From: Ignicoccus pacificus DSM 13166
GTDB taxonomy: Archaea > Thermoproteota > Thermoprotei_A > Sulfolobales > Ignicoccaceae
Reading direction: 5' to 3'
DNA length: 32,000 nucleotides
Assembly (NCBI GenBank): GCA_025340205.1
Contig: CP006868.1
Span: 1,440,001 to 1,472,000 of the forward strand
Below the pieces are notes generated by a model. It was not told where the DNA came from, searched no databases, and saw nothing but the letters and a program-made list of their open reading frames with translations. The stretch's first letter is position 1; each line of letters begins with the position of its first letter. Positions 24,515-32,000 of the stretch are shown here, piece after piece. The position numbers and the translations under genes are program-made.

Positions 24515-25115
24515 AGCACACCATCTCCCTTATCTTTGCAAGAAGTTTCTCCTTCTCCTCTAGCTCCTTCTGGAGCTCCTCCAGTCTCTTCCTCAGCTTC
24601 TCTAGCTCCTCCTTGTTGGCGGCTTGCGCCAGCTTCTCCTTCAACTCCGCATTCTCCTTCTCCAGCTCTTTTATCCTGTTCTCCAGCTCTGCTATCTTCT
24701 CACTTGGGATTACAACTCCCTTTATCGGGATGACGAGCTTCAGCTCTCCTCTAGCTAGAAGCTCGTAGGTTTCCCTAACTAGCTTGCCCGCCTTGGTCTT
24801 CCCCCTTAAGTGATTCCTTATAGTACTCTCGCTTCTGCCCAGCTCCTCAGCTATTTGGGGAATCGTATAACCGGCCTTCTCCCTAGCTAGAGCTCCTGCG
24901 GCCACTGCTAAGGAGTCCACCCAAGTGGCCCTCTCCCTGGGATCTAGTATCAATTGAATTACCTCTGGTCTGTAAATTGTTCCAATAATCAAAGCCGTCT
25001 CAAGTTCCATTATCTCTTTCTTCGAAGTAGGCCTTAAGGGAACGTGACTCAAGTCGATCTCAATGGTACCGTCCTCTCTCGTGCGAACGTATCCCTCAGT
25101 CACAACTCTCACCAT
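24486..25115 (-). CDS. putative HTH transcriptional regulator with a C-terminal coiled coil
   Basis: HTH-like segment GYTIPQIAEELGRSESTIRNHLRGKTKAG, followed by a heptad-rich tail (IAELENRIKELEKENAELKEKL...LEELQKELEEKEKLLAKI). Divergent from the 1016-aa surface protein gene across a 62-bp spacer. Confidence 0.6.
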   Translation of the reverse strand: MVRVVTEGYVRTREDGTIEIDLSHVPLRPTSKKEIMELETALIIGTIYRPEVIQLILDPRERATWVDSLAVAAGALAREKAGYTIPQIAEELGRSESTIRNHLRGKTKAGKLVRETYELLARGELKLVIPIKGVVIPSEKIAELENRIKELEKENAELKEKLAQAANKEELEKLRKRLEELQKELEEKEKLLAKIREMVCFTSQTSEQS

Positions 25116-25177
25116 TTACTCTCATGTGTCCAAAGATTTACTAGCTTAGGGCATCCCCCTAATCGGGGTCAGAGTAC

Positions 25178-28100
25178 ATGAAGGTGAAGCTTACGCTACT
25201 TTTGCTGGTAACGATGGTCCTCGCCGCTCCCTTCAGAGTCGACGTAACTTACTTCAATCCCTCCGCCGCTAAGTACTTGAGCATACCCTTCCTCAAGGTC
25301 AGCGTTACCGGAGACATTAATTTGAATAACTTGAATGTAAGCAAGGTAAATATAATCCTCAACGCCTCAAGCCCCGTAGTAATAGGAAATTATACAAAGC
25401 TTATAGAAAATTACTTGAAAAATTGTAACGTTCAAGGGACGCCCTTGGTGTCTGTAACATCCTGCATAATGGAAGCTCTCGGAAAGATATTGGGGATAAG
25501 GTCTGTGGTCCCTAGCAACATCTCTCAGACCGTCGCGCTGAGTCCGGAGGGTTATGCTATAGTTGCAATGGAATACAAGCTTAACGCGCTGATAAATAGA
25601 GATAGGTTCATCGGTCAAGCGCTCTATTACGCAAAGGGAGGAGACGAGGCGCTTGAGGAGGTTTATCACGTAGAGCTCTATACCGGAGGAGGCGGGAGGC
25701 TAAGGATCAGCGCTTCAGTGACTCCTAACATAGGAGGTATGGGTCAGTACTACAAGCTGAGCTGCGCCAAGGGTTTCGCTTTAGTGACCGCCATCTCTCC
25801 GCCCCCCACTCCTCCGAAGATGATAAGGGGGCCTAACTTCGTCAAGCTCGTCTTCCCCACGGACGTCGTAAAGTACGCGGTGAGTTACGAGGGCGTCTCG
25901 CTATGGATGCCTAAGACAGTGTGGCAATACTTCACCGCCGTTCAGAGGAGTGTAACTATACCAATACCTTGTCTATCCCTGAGCACGTTATCGGTAGCCC
26001 CCGCCTTACCCTCTCAGCTGGCTTGCCAGCTCACGTTTAACGTAGCTGCCAGAGGAGAGCACACTATCTCCATTACTTCTCCTAATGGGTATTCAATGGT
26101 GTTAAGGGTACAGCCGTTCCACGACGTGACTATACCTACCCCATGCAAGGGAGTTGCTCTCTTTAGAGTTGATAACTCCACCTTCTTGACTGACTTCGCA
26201 AACTTCAATAATTCCAAATTAGTCATAATACCCAAGGCCAAAGTATTAAGGCTCGTGAAGATACAAGCTAACAAGGACTTCTTGCTTGACTTCAACGGCT
26301 TCAAGGTGAAGTGTACTAAGGTCTGCTACTTAGCCGCTCCGCCAAGTCAGCTCGAGCTGGTAGTAGTAGATCCCACAACTCAAGCTAGCAAACTACTCGT
26401 ACTATCTCCAATAGCCAAAGCGGTAAACGTGATTGTGCCTACCAAACCCCTCTACAAGAGCTGTGGGGCATACTTAGTCTCCCCCAAGCCAATAACGGTT
26501 AAGCTATACTTCAAGTCAACTACATCAATACTCGAGGTAAGCACGAAACCCAAGTTCATAATCCTCCCTTGCAACACCCCGATAACTGCCAAGGTAGAGA
26601 ATTACATGGCCCAGTTCAGCGTGAGCGGGAACAAGTGGGTGGTGTTCTGTCCGGGGGTGGGCGTAAGCACTGGTTCAGCAGTAAACGTGACGGCAAAGGG
26701 ATTCAAGACCCCTATATCCTTCAGCTGCGACGGTGGAAACAGCTGGGTGATGGTCGATTCAAGCAACTTCATACTGGTAAGACCGGACTATCCGCTAATG
26801 CTCTTGAAGTTCGTCGGATCCAGCGGTTCTATGGCTTACGTGTACGTGCCCTACGGTATCTACGCGTTTACGGTAACTCCTAACGTCAAGCCATCCACGA
26901 CCAAAGGACCACTCCCTCCGAACATGCCTCTGACCCAACTCATCGACGTCAGGGTTCACAAGATCAAAGGAACGTTCTCTAAACTGTACCTAGAGCTCAG
27001 CGACGGAAAGTATGCCTTAAAGTACCCGATAATGAACGAAACCATGGTGGCCGTTCCTCCACAATGGGTAAAGACCAAATTGCAAGGATTGTTGCAAGTA
27101 GTGACCAAGATAGGGATGAAGATGTACAACTTCACCTTGCCTCAGCTCTACTCAGGTAAGTACCCAGATGGTAAACCAGTAATCGCTTCCATCGACCTCT
27201 TCGTGGACTCAACAGCCTACAACTTCTTCTACCATAGCGTGAAGATCGTAATAGTCGATAAGAATGGAGTACCGAAGGAGGGAAGGGTGCTAATAGAAGA
27301 CAAGTATCCAGTTGAGGTCAAGGGTGCAACCGTAATAGTATACCCCAAGAACGTAATGAGTTTGACCTTTGCCGGGAAGAGGTTTAGGATAGCTCTAAAC
27401 GGTCAGACGGTTTACCTAAACGTGAGCAGTCCTCAAGTTTCCAAGCAACCGTTAAACGCCTACATAACCGTAGACGTCTTAAGATATGGAAAGCCAATTA
27501 ACGTCACCTTACAGCTGTCCACCCAAAACGGCACCCTCACGTATACAGCAAAGGGCATGACCAAGCTGGCCGTTCCGTCCAGCTGGCTCAACACAACGAT
27601 CTACTTAACGGTTTATTACAATGGAACGGTCCACCAAGCAGCTATCCCACCTTTGGTGACGTCAGTAGGCATGAACAAGATCGTCTCCCCCATCTATATA
27701 TTCCTTGATAACATGGAACAGTACAACTATTACAGCGCAAAGATTATAACAGTAACTAAGAAAGGGTTCTTCACGTACTTGGCTAACGCTAACGTAACGA
27801 TAGATGGAAAGTATAAGATCCCAGTCTATGGAAGCGTCGTAATAGTATATCCCAAGAAGAACGTCAAGCTGAGCTATCCCGGAGGGACCTTAGACGTCGT
27901 CTTAGGAGGAAACGAGATCTACTTAACTCTAAAGAGCATGAAGAAACAGCCGAAGCCAGTGGCCAAGAACCAGACCCAGAAGACGGAGGTTAGCATCGGT
28001 GAGCTTATGAAGGAAGGAAAGATCAAGATGTGGAATCCGTGGAAGAATCTACCAGCGATACTAATGCTATCGACCTCCTTGTTGCTCTCAATGAGCGTGG

Positions 28101-28228
28101 TTTACACCGCCGGTAGTTATCCGGACCTCATAGGAGCCGCTGCGTTTGCCATAGCTGCCCTCACGATAATAGCCGTCTACATAGCTCTGGCAATATGGTT
28201 CGCTAACACAATAGGTGCGCCTTCATAA
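25178..28228 (+). CDS. large surface (glyco)protein, 1016 aa, N-terminal signal peptide and C-terminal double TM anchor
   Basis: Signal peptide MKVKLTLLLLVTMVLAAP. More than a dozen N-x-S/T sequons. Beta-rich composition. The C-terminus has two hydrophobic helices (LPAILMLSTSLLLSMSVVY and LIGAAAFAIAALTIIAVYIALAIWF). No family recognised. Confidence 0.8.
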   Translation: MKVKLTLLLLVTMVLAAPFRVDVTYFNPSAAKYLSIPFLKVSVTGDINLNNLNVSKVNIILNASSPVVIGNYTKLIENYLKNCNVQGTPLVSVTSCIMEALGKILGIRSVVPSNISQTVALSPEGYAIVAMEYKLNALINRDRFIGQALYYAKGGDEALEEVYHVELYTGGGGRLRISASVTPNIGGMGQYYKLSCAKGFALVTAISPPPTPPKMIRGPNFVKLVFPTDVVKYAVSYEGVSLWMPKTVWQYFTAVQRSVTIPIPCLSLSTLSVAPALPSQLACQLTFNVAARGEHTISITSPNGYSMVLRVQPFHDVTIPTPCKGVALFRVDNSTFLTDFANFNNSKLVIIPKAKVLRLVKIQANKDFLLDFNGFKVKCTKVCYLAAPPSQLELVVVDPTTQASKLLVLSPIAKAVNVIVPTKPLYKSCGAYLVSPKPITVKLYFKSTTSILEVSTKPKFIILPCNTPITAKVENYMAQFSVSGNKWVVFCPGVGVSTGSAVNVTAKGFKTPISFSCDGGNSWVMVDSSNFILVRPDYPLMLLKFVGSSGSMAYVYVPYGIYAFTVTPNVKPSTTKGPLPPNMPLTQLIDVRVHKIKGTFSKLYLELSDGKYALKYPIMNETMVAVPPQWVKTKLQGLLQVVTKIGMKMYNFTLPQLYSGKYPDGKPVIASIDLFVDSTAYNFFYHSVKIVIVDKNGVPKEGRVLIEDKYPVEVKGATVIVYPKNVMSLTFAGKRFRIALNGQTVYLNVSSPQVSKQPLNAYITVDVLRYGKPINVTLQLSTQNGTLTYTAKGMTKLAVPSSWLNTTIYLTVYYNGTVHQAAIPPLVTSVGMNKIVSPIYIFLDNMEQYNYYSAKIITVTKKGFFTYLANANVTIDGKYKIPVYGSVVIVYPKKNVKLSYPGGTLDVVLGGNEIYLTLKSMKKQPKPVAKNQTQKTEVSIGELMKEGKIKMWNPWKNLPAILMLSTSLLLSMSVVYTAGSYPDLIGAAAFAIAALTIIAVYIALAIWFANTIGAPS
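26939..27961 (+). repeat. protein-level tandem duplication (two ~170-aa units) inside the 1016-aa surface protein
   Basis: Unit A covers aa 588-761 and unit B covers aa 762 to about 928. Matching blocks by eye (A/B): IDVRV/ITVDV, AVPPQW/AVPSSW, IDLFVDSTAYNFFYHSVKIVIV/IYIFLDNMEQYNYYSAKIITV, VIVYPKNVMSLTFAG/VIVYPKKNVKLSYPG, YLNVSSPQVSKQP/YLTLKSMKKQP. The units have diverged at the nucleotide level. Confidence 0.6.
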
Positions 28229-28916
28229 GCACGATCCTATAGGTGTCTTCACTAGGGTTCTTTTTGTAGAGTTTGAGCGCTTCGACCAGCTCTGCTTTGT
28301 TTATTCCCATTTTCCTAGCTATCTCCGAGGCTGGGGGAGATGGTTTCATGAGTAGGCCAGAGACTATCGAGGTTAGGTTACTTGGCTTTCTCTCTAGGGA
28401 GGCTGAACCGTAATCCAATATCACTGCCCTTTCTCCGACTAAGACGTGCTTCCAAGGTCTGACCAGCTCTCCATGATCTATTCCCTTCATATCTAGGGTG
28501 AAGGCTGCATCCAGCACCTTTCTCAAGACTTCCTTGAGTGCGGGTAAAGGCTCAGATATTCTTTCCGAGATGTCGGGGTAGGGCACGTATTCCATTATTA
28601 TGAAGCTTCTAGAGTATTCGAACACCTTAGGGGCTATTGGATATGCCATTTTCTGGATGAGTGCTTCCTTTCTCATATCATATAGGTAGTCGGTCCTAGG
28701 TACCTTAATTGCCACCTTTATGTTATTCCATTTAGCTAAGAAAACTACTCCTCGGAATCCTATTCCCAAGAACCTAAACTTCTTGAACTCCCTTTTACCA
28801 ATCGAATAAACGCATTCCACTCCAGCCTTCCTCAACTCCTTCCTAAAATCACAATTCTCTTTAGGATAGCAAACGGGAAACTCCTCCAGAGGGTAGCACT
28901 TCAACTCCACCACCAA
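28203..28916 (-). CDS. atypical minimal protein kinase-fold protein (RIO/Bud32-like, COG2112-type)
   Basis: Gly-rich loop GIGFRGVVF, VAIK lysine (KVAIKVPR), catalytic-loop-like IDHGELVRPWKHVLV, and a DFG-like ILDYGSA. The start overlaps the cca stop by 8-16 nt (TTG/GTG candidates at 28916/28913/28910). Confidence 0.7.
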   Translation of the reverse strand: MVVELKCYPLEEFPVCYPKENCDFRKELRKAGVECVYSIGKREFKKFRFLGIGFRGVVFLAKWNNIKVAIKVPRTDYLYDMRKEALIQKMAYPIAPKVFEYSRSFIIMEYVPYPDISERISEPLPALKEVLRKVLDAAFTLDMKGIDHGELVRPWKHVLVGERAVILDYGSASLERKPSNLTSIVSGLLMKPSPPASEIARKMGINKAELVEALKLYKKNPSEDTYRIVLMKAHLLC

Positions 28917-30202
28917 TATCTACCGTACACGAACCACTTCAGCCATTCCTCTTGGGGCTCGATTATCCTATTTACTATTACATTCTTAGTATCTAGGCTC
29001 ACCGTTTTCAAGTTCTTCAAGTACCTACTCGCCACCTCTTCCAATCCCTTCTCCTCCCTCTCTTCAATGACCATTATTCGGTCACCCCTTATCCATGGTC
29101 CAGCAGCTGGAGCGTCGTGGACGGTCAAGAAGTTGGAGAGGTTGCCCTTATCCCAGACAGGGGGACCTATCCTGACTTCCTCATCTGTTAGCTTGGAGTT
29201 AAGTGACTCTATAGCAACACAAGCTCTTCTCTCCTCATCGCTCCAACACTGATACCTAGTTATTTGGAATCCCTCCCTCTCCAGTGCTTTTATCAGTGAT
29301 CTTGCTACTCTCTTCAGCTCGCCCCAAACGGTCTCAGGCGGGTGATCGCCAACTATCCTTAGCTCTACCAAGTAGGTGGGTCTCTTTGCTTTGACCTCGG
29401 GAGGTGGCGGTCTTCGATAGAACTTAGGATTAGGATTGGTTAAGTACCTCCAAGCAGCTAGACTCGCCAACGCCATAGATTGTAGTGATACCGCTGCGGC
29501 CGCGTTCCTCTTGGGATCGACGGGATCTGGAACTATTATGGGCGCTTTAAATTTCTTTAAATAGAATGGTTTGTTGTCATGTCCTCCAGGATCTAGAAAG
29601 ACTGGGGGTTTCCAAACGCTCATCGAATTGATCGTTTCCGCGAAGCCCTTGTAGTGTATGAGAAGCAACTCAGTCATGTATCCGGAAAAGCCCTCAACCT
29701 TCACCTCAGCTCCATAGACCCCTATTCCCTTGAAGAATGCCTTGAGAAGTCTTACCTCATCTCTAGAGCTTGGACCTAACTCATCTAACTTCTCCTTAAC
29801 CCACTTAGTATGGAAAGGTGTCCTGTCTACAGCCGTTATGGCCTCCGAGCCAGAGGAGACCTTGAAGGCCGGGACTAGATCCACGTCAACGCCTTCTACC
29901 TTTAAGTTAATGTAAGGATGCTCAGCGTACTTTATTATGTATTCCCCCAACCTCTTCGCCGCTTTCTCAAGAATCTTTAGGGCGACTACCTTCAACCACT
30001 CTTTACTCTTAGGAGGGAAGAGGATGAAGACGTCTAGCTCGAGATTCCCCCTTAACCACGTCTCCTTAGCCGCGCTTCCTTGAAGGGTGACCTCTCCTTT
30101 GACTTTTTCCTTCTCCAGCTCCTCCTCTACTACCCTTTTCACCTTCGCGAATATCCTATCCCTTTTCTGGTACTCCTCCTTAGTTGGCCTTATCTTCTCC
30201 AA
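28901..30202 (-). CDS. cca: CCA-adding enzyme (archaeal class I tRNA nucleotidyltransferase)
   Basis: N-terminal pattern ...LQGSAAKETWLRGNLELDVFILFP (GSxAxxTWL...DxDxF catalytic carboxylates). The 433-aa length and overall layout are typical of archaeal CCA enzymes. TTG start. Confidence 0.9.
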   Translation of the reverse strand: MEKIRPTKEEYQKRDRIFAKVKRVVEEELEKEKVKGEVTLQGSAAKETWLRGNLELDVFILFPPKSKEWLKVVALKILEKAAKRLGEYIIKYAEHPYINLKVEGVDVDLVPAFKVSSGSEAITAVDRTPFHTKWVKEKLDELGPSSRDEVRLLKAFFKGIGVYGAEVKVEGFSGYMTELLLIHYKGFAETINSMSVWKPPVFLDPGGHDNKPFYLKKFKAPIIVPDPVDPKRNAAAAVSLQSMALASLAAWRYLTNPNPKFYRRPPPPEVKAKRPTYLVELRIVGDHPPETVWGELKRVARSLIKALEREGFQITRYQCWSDEERRACVAIESLNSKLTDEEVRIGPPVWDKGNLSNFLTVHDAPAAGPWIRGDRIMVIEEREEKGLEEVASRYLKNLKTVSLDTKNVIVNRIIEPQEEWLKWFVYGRYWWWS

Positions 30203-30221
30203 TACGCTCTCTTCTAAGAGT

Positions 30222-30794
30222 TTATGGAGAAGCGTCGAGCTTCACCTCCCTCAAGGTCTCATATATCGGTCCTCTCGGCGTTAAGGTAGATTTCTTCAAC
30301 CTTATGTTAGTAACTTCGAACTCTCCTAGGTCTATGTCCTTCATAGACTCTATCCATTCAGTCAACCTTTCCCTACCTCTAGGTCCCTTTACTCTGGCCA
30401 GCGTCACGTGAGCCGTAAATCCCTTGGTCTCCGGCCTAAAGCCCATCTTCCTTAGTTCCCTCTCAAGTATTCTAGCCATTTCTGCCAATACTTCGTCTCC
30501 CTCAACTCCCACCCATATCACCCTAGGTCTGTAAGGAGAAGGAAATGCTCCTACGCCCTTAAGCCTTATCTTATGCCTCCTTCCGCTTTGAGCCGCTTTC
30601 TGCATAACCTTTTCTATCTCATCTATCATGTCCACGGGTATGTTTCCTAGGAATCTCAGAGTTATGTGGAAGTTCTCCACCTCTACTATCTTGACATCCG
30701 CTCCCGTCTGCTTGAGGGACTCCGCTAGTCTGCCGAGCTTGCCAGCCAGCTCGCCCTCTATGTCTACGGCAATAAAGGCTCTAACCTTCTCCAT
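30222..30794 (-). CDS. thpR: RNA 2',3'-cyclic phosphodiesterase (2H family, ThpR/LigT)
   Basis: Two HxT/Sx motifs (HITLRFLG and HVTLARV) at the expected spacing in a 190-aa protein. Confidence 0.9.
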   Translation of the reverse strand: MEKVRAFIAVDIEGELAGKLGRLAESLKQTGADVKIVEVENFHITLRFLGNIPVDMIDEIEKVMQKAAQSGRRHKIRLKGVGAFPSPYRPRVIWVGVEGDEVLAEMARILERELRKMGFRPETKGFTAHVTLARVKGPRGRERLTEWIESMKDIDLGEFEVTNIRLKKSTLTPRGPIYETLREVKLDASP

Positions 30795-30826
30795 GCTCCT
30801 CCCACTCCACTAAAGATTGGAGGAGC
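30795..30826 (-). promoter_or_regulatory. perfect 8-bp stem hairpin abutting the thpR start codon
   Basis: GCTCCTCC (30795-30802) and GGAGGAGC (30819-30826) are exact reverse complements, separated by a 16-nt loop. On the mRNA strand the 3' arm GGAGGAGC (SD-like) is directly followed by the thpR AUG. Confidence 0.4.
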
Positions 30827-30917
30827 TGAAGAGCGCGATACAAGTTGGTCCTCCCGGTCCAGTAAGGAGGGGCTCTGAGATAGGCATCCTCTATCTCCTT
30901 TAGCGCCTTGAGGGCGA

Positions 30918-31259
30918 TTACTCGTACTCCCTCCATACGTGACCACACTTCGTGCACTTGTAGAACCTGGTGGGAGGTTCGTCTCCCGCTCTGGTTTGGA
31001 GGAACCAGTAGTAGGCTTCATCATGTCCGCATTTAGGACAAATTACGTCTCTTGTCTTTGGTAAGGTCTCTACCTTTATCTTATCGTCAATAACTATTGT
31101 CTTTTCCCTTACGCTGTGGCTTATCTTCTTAGTAGTTCTTATAGGCTTAGCCTGAGAGGCATCCATCTCATAGCCGCATCTCATGCACTTTAGGATAGTC
31201 TTCCCTCCAACCCTCCTCGCAACCATTAACGAACCACACTTGGGGCAGAACTGCACCAT
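30918..31259 (-). CDS. tfs: transcription factor S (TFIIS/RpoM-like transcript cleavage factor)
   Basis: N-terminal zinc ribbon CPKCGS...CMRCGY. C-terminal zinc ribbon CPKCGH...QTRAGDEPPTRFYKCTKCGHVW, with the acidic DE hairpin. 113 aa. Confidence 0.9.
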   Translation of the reverse strand: MVQFCPKCGSLMVARRVGGKTILKCMRCGYEMDASQAKPIRTTKKISHSVREKTIVIDDKIKVETLPKTRDVICPKCGHDEAYYWFLQTRAGDEPPTRFYKCTKCGHVWREYE

Positions 31260-31414
31260 GGCTCAGTTTCACCAGACGATAGCCTACCGTGTATAGCTTA
31301 TTAATATCGAACGAATCCCTCACTCTAATCAATTAATACAGAGAAAGCCTTAATTCATAAGTTACGATTAACCAGTTCCTATGAGGTGAATCGAACTTGA
31401 GTGAGCGCGGAGGA

Positions 31415-32000
31415 ATGAGCGCACTACTGACCGGTATCAGAGTAGGGTTCAACAATCCTATAACTAGGACTATCCTCAAAAAGATGTCAAAAAGGATTAC
31501 TTGCATTGTCGACGGAAAGCCTATGACTGAGAGAATATCCTACTTCGCTATGGCTAAGTACGCTGGTCTAGACGTTAAGTGTCCTTGGAGCGCTTCTCTC
31601 TACAACGCCTTCCTGAGCGTGATCCTTGACGTTGCTCTGATGGCGTTCAAAGGAAATAAGGAGGAGGTGAGAGAGGCGTTAAAGGACCCCGCCGTTAGGA
31701 GAGGCATGGCTCTGGTGCTCGAGGGCCTTGGTAAGTACGGCGTCACCGTTCCTCAGAAGCTTCCCGCCCCCTTCCTTATCGTTTGGAACTTCACGAACAT
31801 GTGTAACCTAAGGTGCAAGCACTGTTATCAAAGAGCCGATAAGCCTCTTCCCGACGAGCTAACCCTAGATGAGAAACTGGACGTCGTGAGGCAGTTCGAT
31901 GAAGCGGGAGTAGCCGCTGTGGCCCTAAGCGGCGGAGAACCCACAATCCATCCACACTTCTACAAGGTGGTGGAGGCCTTCTCCGAGAGAGGAATATACG
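31415..32000 (+). CDS. radical SAM protein (N-terminal part; continues beyond the window)
   Basis: Absent from the ORF track because there is no stop in the window. Translation from ATG 31415 (GGAGG 2 nt upstream) gives MSALLTGIRVGF...FLIVWNFTNMCNLRCKHCYQRADKPLPDELTLDEKLDVVRQFDEAGVAAVALSGGEPTIHP. It contains the CxxxCxxC cluster and the GGEP SAM-binding motif. About 135 aa precede the cluster. Confidence 0.8.
   Translation, partial: MSALLTGIRVGFNNPITRTILKKMSKRITCIVDGKPMTERISYFAMAKYAGLDVKCPWSASLYNAFLSVILDVALMAFKGNKEEVREALKDPAVRRGMALVLEGLGKYGVTVPQKLPAPFLIVWNFTNMCNLRCKHCYQRADKPLPDELTLDEKLDVVRQFDEAGVAAVALSGGEPTIHPHFYKVVEAFSERGIY

Noticed and set aside
24536-24733. CT-rich, quasi-repetitive DNA (CTCCTTCTCC..., CTCCAGCTC...) and the 65-aa + strand ORF
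   Set aside because: This is the antisense image of the Glu/Lys/Leu heptad coiled coil of the minus-strand regulator. It is not an independent repeat element or gene.
30764-31024. 86-aa minus-strand ORF bridging the tfs and thpR genes
   Set aside because: It overlaps the conserved tfs C-terminal zinc ribbon out of frame as well as the thpR start. Its composition is not protein-like.
1-32000. Looked by eye for CRISPR arrays, IS elements, integrases, long inverted or direct repeats, and rRNA/SRP/RNase P-like genes
   Set aside because: No regularly spaced 24-37-nt repeats, no transposase- or integrase-like ORFs, and no long structured GC-rich non-coding stretch were seen apart from the single tRNA. 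A manual scan cannot exclude short or degenerate elements. A computational repeat, tRNAscan or Infernal run would settle this.

Overview
Dense archaeal chromosomal segment with about 35 CDS and one tRNA. I found no rRNA, CRISPR array, integrase or transposase. The gene content looks crenarchaeal, Desulfurococcales-like. An HAO-type octahaem cytochrome c plus the fused 3-hydroxybutyryl-CoA dehydrogenase/crotonyl-CoA hydratase of the dicarboxylate/4-hydroxybutyrate cycle suggests an Ignicoccus-like autotroph; this is inference only.

Housekeeping genes I recognise: a CBS-domain protein (partial), tsaC/yrdC, a PAP2 phosphatase, a P3A-type H+-ATPase, a SAM methyltransferase, tRNA-Gly(UCC), aRF1, a PhoU-family protein, an AEC transporter, nnr, radA, an Nre-family protein, purC-purS-purQ, an HTH/coiled-coil regulator, the thpR-cca-atypical kinase operon, tfs, and a radical SAM protein (partial).

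Between these lie lineage-specific genes with visibly lower GC:
- a convergent orphan pair next to the tRNA (5702-7705);
- a 342-aa orphan behind a 378-bp non-coding spacer (14424-15830);
- three predicted surface glycoproteins (11112-12356, 22042-22857, 25178-28228).

I see no textbook defence or mobile island. The leads most worth follow-up are:
1. the octahaem cytochrome c and its repeat-bearing divergent promoter;
2. an unannotated 40-aa single-TM micro-ORF that shares a GTGA stop/start overlap with the H+-ATPase;
3. the tRNA-flanking orphan pair;
4. the spacer with two anti-SD-like direct repeats upstream of the 342-aa orphan;
5. a Thr-rich secreted protein ending in a sortase-like tripartite C-terminal signal;
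6. a 1016-aa surface protein with an internal ~170-aa tandem duplication.

All functional calls rest on motif recognition by eye. No database search was run.
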